From Candidatus Anstonellaceae archaeon (GTDB taxonomy: Archaea > Micrarchaeota > Micrarchaeia > Anstonellales > Anstonellaceae), in contig JAWAKW010000001.1 in the NCBI GenBank assembly GCA_038887295.1, positions 238,115 through 302,114 of the forward strand: a stretch of DNA of 64,000 nt, in the 5' to 3' direction. The translations under genes were made by a program, and so were the position numbers. The notes below the pieces were generated by a model that saw only the letters and a list, made by a program, of their open reading frames with translations, had not been told where the DNA came from and did not search any database. Of this stretch, positions 55,449 to 64,000 are shown piece after piece. Each line of letters begins with the position of its first letter. The first letter of the stretch is position 1.

Positions 55449-55603
55449 ATTTCGCCTACTCTCCTTTTGAGTTTGCGTTTTAGGCGCTTGCGCCTTTTTT
55501 TGAGCCATTTCCAGCGCATCCTTCCCTTCTTTTTCCACTTCCTTGGTCTTGCTCCCAAAAAGTCACCCTAAACTTGCTTTTTACCTAAGATAGAATTATA
55601 AAT

Positions 55604-55822
55604 TCAGCCTTTTTTCCACGGCTTCCTGTAAGCATCCAAAAGCCCGTGCGCATAGTTGATGCAGCCAAATGCAGTAAGGAAGTCCTTTTTTTCAAGGAAA
55701 TATTTTGCATCCTGGCAGTATTTTTCTGCAAGCTCTATGACGTCTTTGTTGTGCCGCGTCCGCTTTACCTGCTTGAGGTTTTCGTAAAATTGTGCAATGT
55801 CAGATTCAATCCTTTCCATCAA
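55604..55822 (-). CDS. Small archaeal conserved protein (DUF357-like)
   Basis: 72 aa with ...AFGCINYAHGLLDAYRK.... Overlaps the bud32 stop by 4 nt. Confidence 0.45.
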   Translation of the reverse strand: MMERIESDIAQFYENLKQVKRTRHNKDVIELAEKYCQDAKYFLEKKDFLTAFGCINYAHGLLDAYRKPWKKG

Positions 55823-56394
55823 ATCCTCTCCATATAGCGCGCCCTGCTTTCTATTTTCCGCGCAGCCTCTGCAACAGCCTGACTGCCGCCTGCCTTCACA
55901 TACTCTTTGACAAACTTCTCCCCACGCTTGCCAAGCGCATGCTTCATAGTTACCAAATCAACTGCTTTGTCTTCTTTGTCCTGGCTTATGAATGACAGCC
56001 CAAAATCAATGACTGCCATCCCAGCAGAAGTAATCATCAAGTTTGCGGGTGTATAGTCGCCATGAATTATGTCATATTCATGAAGCCTCGCAAGAATCCT
56101 TGCAGCCTCTCTGATATGCCGCAGCCTCACCTTACCTTTTTGCAGCATGAAATGAAGCATCTTCCCGTCAATGAATTTCATCAGAATTGAAAACCTGTCA
56201 ACATAGTACACAACCGGGCAAAGCACTCCTGCCTGCTTTGCGCGGGCAAGCACCCGTGCCTCTCTTTTCGTCCTGCTTTCTCGGATTGCCAAGTCAAGCT
56301 GGGCATTCCGATAGGGCTTGGGGATCCTTATCTTTTTGACTGCTTTGCACCCAAGAAAAGTAGCCTTCCTTATTATTGCTTCCGCCCCTTTCAT
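55819..56394 (-). CDS. bud32: KEOPS complex Bud32/PRPK atypical protein kinase
   Basis: Catalytic loop IIHGDYTPANLM, DFGLS, and an N-lobe lysine region. Start set at the internal ATG (MKGAEAIIRK); the listed 326-aa ORF's N-terminal extension overlaps the M50 protease gene. Confidence 0.75.
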   Translation of the reverse strand: MKGAEAIIRKATFLGCKAVKKIRIPKPYRNAQLDLAIRESRTKREARVLARAKQAGVLCPVVYYVDRFSILMKFIDGKMLHFMLQKGKVRLRHIREAARILARLHEYDIIHGDYTPANLMITSAGMAVIDFGLSFISQDKEDKAVDLVTMKHALGKRGEKFVKEYVKAGGSQAVAEAARKIESRARYMERI

Positions 56395-56399
56395 GCAAA

Positions 56400-57026
56400 T
56401 CAGCGCAGCAAAGACGGCAAAAAGGTAAGCCCGCCAAAGCTTATCAGGATTGATGCAATCCAAATTTTTGCATCCCAGCTGTATACTTTGCTTCCATCCA
56501 GCGGGTAAATTGGAAGAAGATTGAAAAGCGCAAGCGAGAAGTTTATTCTGAACCCAAGCATGCTGACCACATGGATTACTTGGTTGGAGGAAAATATTGC
56601 TGCAAGCGCAAGAAAGATTATGCCCACTATCCAATTTGTGACAGGACCGGCAAGTGAAATTATCCCATTTTCGCGTGGAGTTATCCTTCGCATTGAATAA
56701 ATGTACACTGCACCAGGAGCTATGAAAAAGATGGGAAACCAGCCAAAAATCTGCGGCACAATCACCAAGCCAAGAGCAAGCAAAAGCCCCTGTGGCCACG
56801 CTTTGAATGCAGCTCGAGCCCCATACTTTATTGCAAAATACTTGTGAGCAAGCTCATGGAGCACAAAGCCGCTTCCAAGCGTGACAATTGCAGCTGCCAT
56901 GGAAAATATGAATATCGAAGGATGGATAGAAAGGCCAGAGTCATAAAAGGTAAACACTAGCGCAATTGTAAGGATGGAAACTATCATCTCAAGGGCTTCC
57001 TGCTTTCCGATGTAAAAGTCGTTCAT
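56400..57026 (-). CDS. M50-family (site-2-protease-like) membrane zinc metalloprotease
   Basis: HExxH (VLHELAHKY) within a TM, LDGS motif, multi-TM. Confidence 0.7.
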   Translation of the reverse strand: MNDFYIGKQEALEMIVSILTIALVFTFYDSGLSIHPSIFIFSMAAAIVTLGSGFVLHELAHKYFAIKYGARAAFKAWPQGLLLALGLVIVPQIFGWFPIFFIAPGAVYIYSMRRITPRENGIISLAGPVTNWIVGIIFLALAAIFSSNQVIHVVSMLGFRINFSLALFNLLPIYPLDGSKVYSWDAKIWIASILISFGGLTFLPSLLR

Positions 57027-57030
57027 CTAC

Positions 57031-59196
<2,166 letters not shown>

Positions 59197-59239
59197 TTAA
59201 AAGTAGCTCAAACTTTTATAAAAGAGGGGGGCTGAAAAT

Positions 59240-60469
59240 TTAAAATTCCTCCAGCCTTGTTTGAGTTTCTGCCTTTTGCGGAAATATTATTATCTGCCCA
59301 TACTGGCCATCGAAGCCTGCGATTTTCTTCACTCTCCCTTCTTGCACCCTTTGTATGCCTTCCGCCAGCCTTTTTCCAGCATGCCGCTCCAACGTCTTAT
59401 GAGGCGCATGAAGGACAGCAAGCTCGTTTCCAAATGCTTTTATCAGGCGGAAATATTCTGCTTCTACGCTTTTCGAGGACAAATTCTTCCCCATCGCCTG
59501 TGCGAGTATCTCTTTGAGCGGAACCAGATTCTCAAAAGGCACAGCATTTTTTGGCACAAAGCCTTCAGGCCGGTCTGCAAGCTCCTCCACTCTATTCAAT
59601 ACACCAATAGTCAAGGGCTTGCGGCAAACTGGGCATATTCCGCCATGCTTTTTGGTTTCTTGTGGCGCAAAGCTTATCTGGCAGCTTCGGTGTCCATCAA
59701 AGTGGTATTTCCCTTCCTCAGGGTAAAATTCATAAGTGCAAGCAAGCTTTCTTTTTTCCTTAAAGCAGATTGCCTCATAAAGCTCATCGTAAGTAAGCCG
59801 ATCCAAGTCAAACACATTGGCTTCCCTCCCAATCTTATCTGGCGAGTGCGAGTCCGAGTTTGAAAGAAGCTGCACCCTGTCAAGCTGCGAAAGCCTCCAA
59901 TTCATTGCAGGGTCAGAAGAAAGCCCGGTTTCAATTGCATATATTTTATTTTCATATTCGGCAAAGCACTCTTTTAGCGAGTCAAAGCCGCTTTTTGACC
60001 CAAAGACCGAAAACCACGGAGTCCATGCGTGCGCAGGGATAATAAGGTTTTTTTGTGAAATCTCAAACACAATTTCACAAAGTTCAACAGCGCTGAGTAA
60101 GAGAGTAGGTCTTCCGTCTGCAGGGAGGTTCCCATACTTTGCTAGCGCTTCGTTTATTTGGCGAGCAACTTCAATTGAAGGGCACAGGAGCACAAGATGC
60201 ACTTTGCGCATTTTGGCTTGTTGTTCATACACACATGAGACTTCTGCGGAAAGGCAAAACTTCGTATCTTTGTACTGCAAAAACCCGCAATCCAGGCAAA
60301 TTGCCTTGCTTTCAATCTCATCCAGCCATTTTGGATGGGTAAAATCCCCACTTCCAAGCAAATCAATTCCTTTTATTTTTGCCCAATCAGCAAGGTTTTC
60401 AAGCCCCATCCCTTCAGATGTTGCCCTAGAGTACTTCGAATGAAGGTGCAAATCTGCAACTACTTTCAT
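59240..60469 (-). CDS. PHP-domain metal-dependent phosphoesterase family protein
   Basis: MKVVADLHLHSKYS (PHP motif I) just after a strong GGTGGGAGG RBS. GIDLLGSGDFTHP. C-terminal CPVCRKP zinc-ribbon-like element. The ORF upstream of the internal ATG is Cys/Arg-rich junk. Confidence 0.6.
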   Translation of the reverse strand: MKVVADLHLHSKYSRATSEGMGLENLADWAKIKGIDLLGSGDFTHPKWLDEIESKAICLDCGFLQYKDTKFCLSAEVSCVYEQQAKMRKVHLVLLCPSIEVARQINEALAKYGNLPADGRPTLLLSAVELCEIVFEISQKNLIIPAHAWTPWFSVFGSKSGFDSLKECFAEYENKIYAIETGLSSDPAMNWRLSQLDRVQLLSNSDSHSPDKIGREANVFDLDRLTYDELYEAICFKEKRKLACTYEFYPEEGKYHFDGHRSCQISFAPQETKKHGGICPVCRKPLTIGVLNRVEELADRPEGFVPKNAVPFENLVPLKEILAQAMGKNLSSKSVEAEYFRLIKAFGNELAVLHAPHKTLERHAGKRLAEGIQRVQEGRVKKIAGFDGQYGQIIIFPQKAETQTRLEEF

Positions 60470-60551
60470 TTGCCTCCCACCATCTTGCGATGCTGAACTT
60501 TTTATGCCTGCCTGCATTACGGATTTTAAAGTCCTCTTTCCACCTTTTAGC

Positions 60552-61619
60552 ATGGCAAATATTTTCTCCTCAATTGCAGGCAAAGGAAGGATATTTAGAA
60601 ACGAATCAGCATTGTTGTCGGATTTCCTGCCGCAACAGCTTCCAGGGAGAGAAAAGGAGCTTCGGCAGCTTGCATATTGCCTTCTTCCAGTCTCGCAAAA
60701 CCGCCAGCCACAGCATGCGCTTCTTATAGGTCCGCCAGGCACAGGCAAGACCTCAGCTGCCAAGTTGGTGCTTCAGCAGCTTGAGCAATACACCAACCAC
60801 GCTTGCACCCTTTATCTGAACTGCTGGGAATATTCCTCGCGCTTTGCTGTTCTTTCTGCTCTTGCAGACGCTCTCAAGGAGCCCATGCCAAGAAGAGGGA
60901 TTGCCGCAGACGAAGTCTTCAGCAGAATTGTCGAAATTGCAAAAAAGGAAGAGAAAATCCCTGTGGTGGTGCTGGATGAAGTAGATCGGCTTCACGCCTC
61001 TTATGAAGGGGTGCAGGTGATTTATGATTTGTGCCGCGCAGGGGAGGCCTACCATCTAAAGACAGCAGTGATTGCAATCACCAACGACGAGGAATTCCAT
61101 GCCAAGCTGGACCCAAGGATTCGCTCTTCCTTTGTGCAAAATACTATATTTTTCCCTCCTTACACCGTCGCGCAGCTTAAGGAGATCCTTTCAAGCCGTG
61201 CGCAGCTTGCATTTGACCCGCTTGCAGTGGAGCAGGATGTGATTGCACTTTGCGCAGCAGTGGCATTCAAAAAAGGGGGAGACGCAAGGGTTGCGCTTTC
61301 CCTTTTGCATCGCGCAGGGCAGCAGGCTGAGCGCGAAGGTGCAGATAAAGTTTCCATTGACCACGTGAGAAAGGCGCAAGATGCGCTTCAGCTTTCAAAG
61401 GCAGAAAGAAAGTTTGAGGATTTGGATGAGCTTGAAAAGAAAATAGTGGAAGCAGCAAGAGGCGGAATCCTTTCCGGGCAGCTTTATGCCAAGCTTTCAG
61501 GGATGGCACAAGAGAGGGCAATAAGAAACAGGATTGAAAAGCTCGTCAAAAGCGGAATTTTGCGCACAGAAGAAGTCCGAATTGGCAAGGGAAAGACAAG
61601 GAAAATAAAGACAGCCTAA
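60552..61619 (+). CDS. orc1: Orc1/Cdc6 replication initiator
   Basis: AAA+ Walker [10 protein letters not shown], Walker B VVLDEVD, sensor regions, C-terminal winged helix. Start at the internal Met (MANIFSSI...). Confidence 0.85.
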   Translation: MANIFSSIAGKGRIFRNESALLSDFLPQQLPGREKELRQLAYCLLPVSQNRQPQHALLIGPPGTGKTSAAKLVLQQLEQYTNHACTLYLNCWEYSSRFAVLSALADALKEPMPRRGIAADEVFSRIVEIAKKEEKIPVVVLDEVDRLHASYEGVQVIYDLCRAGEAYHLKTAVIAITNDEEFHAKLDPRIRSSFVQNTIFFPPYTVAQLKEILSSRAQLAFDPLAVEQDVIALCAAVAFKKGGDARVALSLLHRAGQQAEREGADKVSIDHVRKAQDALQLSKAERKFEDLDELEKKIVEAARGGILSGQLYAKLSGMAQERAIRNRIEKLVKSGILRTEEVRIGKGKTRKIKTA

Positions 61620-62851
61620 TTCCCCTTTATTTTCCTGACTGCAAGCTCCAAGCTTAGAGTTTCTTCCTTGCCGCTTTCAAGCTCTCTCAGCGTTACAGCG
61701 CTAGCATGCATTTCCTTTTGACCCAAGATTGCAGCCCATCTGCAGCAGCTTGCAGCGTATTCAAGCTGCTTTGCAAGGCTTCTTTCGTTCAAGTCAGTGT
61801 GCGTTGGGATGCCTACAGCCCTCATAGCTGAGGCAACTTTTATCGCATAAGGGTAAATGTCAGGCTGAGCAGTTGCAACGAATACTGCATTGCTTGAAGT
61901 CTTCTTATCCTTCATCAGCCAAAGCAGCCGCTCCAACCCCAAGGAAATGCCCACTGCAAAATCACCTTGCCCATAAAAGGAAAGTAGGCTGTCATACCTT
62001 CCCCCGCCTGCAACCGAGCCTATCTGGTCAGAAAGCTTTATTTCAAATATCGGACCGGTGTAATAATCTAGCCCCCTTGCAAGAGCTAGATCAATTTCAA
62101 TTTTTATATCCTTGGAATAGTGCCCCACAAGCTCTACTATCCTCTCCAAGTCCTCTGCTGCTTTCTTATGGTATTTTTGTGCAATCTCAAGCTTTTCCTG
62201 CATGCTTGTGCCAGCTGAAAGCACCTCAAGCAGGTTTTGCGCAGATTCTTCTGTCGCCCCAAGCTCCACCAGCAGCCTCAAAGTCTCCTGCTTTCCTATT
62301 TTGTCCTTCTTGTCCAGCACTCGGAGGACTTGCGTTTCCTTTTGAGGCAAGATGCTTTTTGCAATTTCAGAAATTACTCTTCTGTCATTCAAAAGCACAC
62401 GAGGGCCCTGGAAGCCTAGCGCCTCAATTGCACTGCAGGCTGCAGCAATCAGCTCAGCTTCTGCCCTCATACTTCCGCAGCCAATTATATCTGCATCTGC
62501 CTGGTAAAATTCCCTGAATCTGCCCTTTTGCGGCTCCTCTTTCCTCCAAACGGGTCCGATACAGTAACGCTTGAGCGGCTTTTTGAAGGTGTTTGTGGAG
62601 GCAATCCTTGCAAGAGGTACAGTAAGGTCAAAGCGCAAGGCAAGTCTTCTATCATCTATTCTGAAAAGCTGGCCCTTTATTTCCTCCCCGCACTTTTTTT
62701 CAAGGGTTTCCACATTCTCAAGTGCAGGGCTGTCCATGGGGACAAAGCCAAAAGAGCGATAAACAGCTTTTATGGTTTCTATAGCCCACTCCCGCTGGGC
62801 CATCTGGTCTGGAAGAAAATCCCTCATCCCTTTCGGAGCGCAATACTGCAT
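61616..62851 (-). CDS. hisS: Histidyl-tRNA synthetase
   Basis: Class II aaRS motifs, HisRS pattern (GMRDFLP..., ...RGLDYYTG...), C-terminal anticodon-binding domain. Confidence 0.85.
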   Translation of the reverse strand: MQYCAPKGMRDFLPDQMAQREWAIETIKAVYRSFGFVPMDSPALENVETLEKKCGEEIKGQLFRIDDRRLALRFDLTVPLARIASTNTFKKPLKRYCIGPVWRKEEPQKGRFREFYQADADIIGCGSMRAEAELIAAACSAIEALGFQGPRVLLNDRRVISEIAKSILPQKETQVLRVLDKKDKIGKQETLRLLVELGATEESAQNLLEVLSAGTSMQEKLEIAQKYHKKAAEDLERIVELVGHYSKDIKIEIDLALARGLDYYTGPIFEIKLSDQIGSVAGGGRYDSLLSFYGQGDFAVGISLGLERLLWLMKDKKTSSNAVFVATAQPDIYPYAIKVASAMRAVGIPTHTDLNERSLAKQLEYAASCCRWAAILGQKEMHASAVTLRELESGKEETLSLELAVRKIKGN

Positions 62852-62855
62852 CCTC

Positions 62856-63164
62856 TCACTTCAAATTGGACAAAATCCAGCCTTTCAGGTTTTCCTTGGT
62901 TGCCGCGCCGACCCTGCTTGCAACAATTTTGCCATCTTTGAAAAGCACGAGTGTAGGTATGGAGGAAATCCCAAAGCTTTCAGCAAGCTCTGGCTGCTCA
63001 TCCACATTCACCTTGCCAAATTTCACTTCTTTCATCTCAGCAGCAAGTGCCTCAAGGACAGGTGCAACCATCCTGCATGGGCCGCACCAAGGTGCCCAAA
63101 AGTCAACAAGCACTACTCCGCTTTTGGTTTCTTTCCCAAAATTTTGCGCATTTAGCTCAAGCAT
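62856..63164 (-). CDS. trx: Thioredoxin
   Basis: WAPWCGPCR active site. Start at the internal Met to avoid overlapping scpB. Confidence 0.8.
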   Translation of the reverse strand: MLELNAQNFGKETKSGVVLVDFWAPWCGPCRMVAPVLEALAAEMKEVKFGKVNVDEQPELAESFGISSIPTLVLFKDGKIVASRVGAATKENLKGWILSNLK

Positions 63165-63198
63165 CCAAAAACACCCCAAACCTTTTGAAAGGTATATT

Positions 63199-63702
63199 TT
63201 ATTTTGCTTTGGTTGCATCTTCTGAGTCGCCCTGGGTTATCCCAAAATATGCTTTGAATTTTTCAGTGGTGAAAAGCGCCTTGCTTCTGCCTTCCTTTTT
63301 TTGAAGCAAAAAGCCTTTGGAAGAAAGCTCTTCCACATCCTTGTAGATTCCTGAGCCAAGCCGGGCTGCAAGTACGGATTTTTTTATTCCCTCGTTTTTT
63401 GCAATGTATGCAAGTGTGCGCAGCGCATGCCTGCTGATTTCTCCCTCCTTTGCAACCTCTTTGACAAACCCGACATAGGCAGGTCTCAGCCTCATTATGT
63501 ATTTGCCCTCCTCCAGCGCAATTTCAATTGCGCTTCCAGTTTCACTGTATCTTTTTGCAAGGGAGTCCAGCCGTTCTGCCACATAACCTGGCGCAGCTAC
63601 CCCCACCAATTTTGAAAGCTCTGCAACCGAAAGCGGACGGCTGCTCATGAAAAGCGCAGCCTCAATTATCCTTTCAGCCTCCTTTTCGTCCATTTCAACC
63701 AC
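63199..63702 (-). CDS. scpB: Segregation and condensation protein B
   Basis: Tandem winged-helix ScpB pattern (IIEAALFMSSRPLSVAELSKLV...). Confidence 0.7.
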   Translation of the reverse strand: MVEMDEKEAERIIEAALFMSSRPLSVAELSKLVGVAAPGYVAERLDSLAKRYSETGSAIEIALEEGKYIMRLRPAYVGFVKEVAKEGEISRHALRTLAYIAKNEGIKKSVLAARLGSGIYKDVEELSSKGFLLQKKEGRSKALFTTEKFKAYFGITQGDSEDATKAK

Positions 63703-64000
63703 CGCCGCCTTTCTCCACCACTTTTATGAAAATCTCACCAAAAAACTTCTCCTGAAAAAGCAGCACTCTGCCTGCCTGTGCCAAATGGAGCAGTGGAAGT
63801 AGCACCGAAACTATCTCCACCGGAGTCTTTTCAGAAAGCAAAGAAGAAAAAGTTGCACGGCCTTCTTGGTCCTTTTCCTTCAAAATCCTCTGGTATATCT
63901 CCTCCATCTTTTCTTCTATATTGAATTCTGGGAGGTGAAGGTTTATCACAGGCGCAATTTCCATCCTTTTTGCTTTTTCTTCCCTTCTTTTCTGCTCTTC
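63695..64000 (-). CDS. scpA: Segregation and condensation protein A (C-terminal part; the gene continues past the window end)
   Basis: ScpA C-terminal pattern (...LLHLAQAGRVLLFQEKFFGEIFI...). The frame stays open to the window edge. Overlaps the scpB start by 8 nt. Confidence 0.5.
   Translation of the reverse strand, partial: EEQKRREEKAKRMEIAPVINLHLPEFNIEEKMEEIYQRILKEKDQEGRATFSSLLSEKTPVEIVSVLLPLLHLAQAGRVLLFQEKFFGEIFIKVVEKGGGG

Noticed and set aside
55233-55538. 101-aa minus-strand ORF overlapping the aroA 3' end
   Set aside because: 215 nt of it lie antisense inside aroA. The non-overlapping part sits in a convergent terminator region (GGCGCTTGCGCC hairpin plus T-run).
56395-56799. N-terminal extension of the bud32 ORF
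   Set aside because: It overlaps the M50 protease gene and is Cys/Trp-rich. The internal ATG at 56392-56394 gives a canonical-length Bud32.
60470-60551. Replication origin next to orc1
   Set aside because: The intergenic region is only about 80 bp, not AT-rich, and has no ORB-like inverted repeats. It is noted as a finding rather than annotated as an origin.

Overview
This looks like an archaeal chromosomal segment. The window carries a thermosome, an HMf-type histone, Sm-like protein, Orc1/Cdc6, Cdc48, KEOPS Bud32, Hef-like helicase, Elp3, Trm1, two-subunit 2-oxoacid:ferredoxin oxidoreductase, archaeal-type SAM synthetase, cupin-type PGI, and intron-containing tRNAs. Most genes are housekeeping: NAD synthesis (nadE, nadA), shikimate (aroA), glycolysis (eno, pgi), translation (hisS, EF-1beta), chromosome biology (scpAB, rad50-like, orc1). 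Several lower-GC blocks hold secreted or surface proteins and hypotheticals: 1.0-4.9 kb, 6.8-8.2 kb, 34.2-36.1 kb and 43.4-45.3 kb. Features outside the ORF track that I infer by eye: a probable RNase P RNA fused to the front of the nadA ORF; four tRNAs (Ala and Phe with introns, Asn, and an atypical Arg); a decayed tyrosine-integrase pseudogene beside the tRNA-Asn/tRNA-Phe pair; and an unlisted 50-aa four-CxxC zinc-ribbon ORF. Other notable items are a carotenoid cluster with a split lycopene cyclase, a HerA-like ATPase translationally coupled to a lytic-transglycosylase (SLT) domain protein, a rad50-like gene without an adjacent mre11, an 18-bp perfect palindrome present at two unrelated divergent promoters, and Cys-rich tandem-repeat secreted proteins. 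One of the Cys-rich genes appears frameshifted in a T-run. No CRISPR array is seen. All calls come from motif recognition by eye; no database search was possible.
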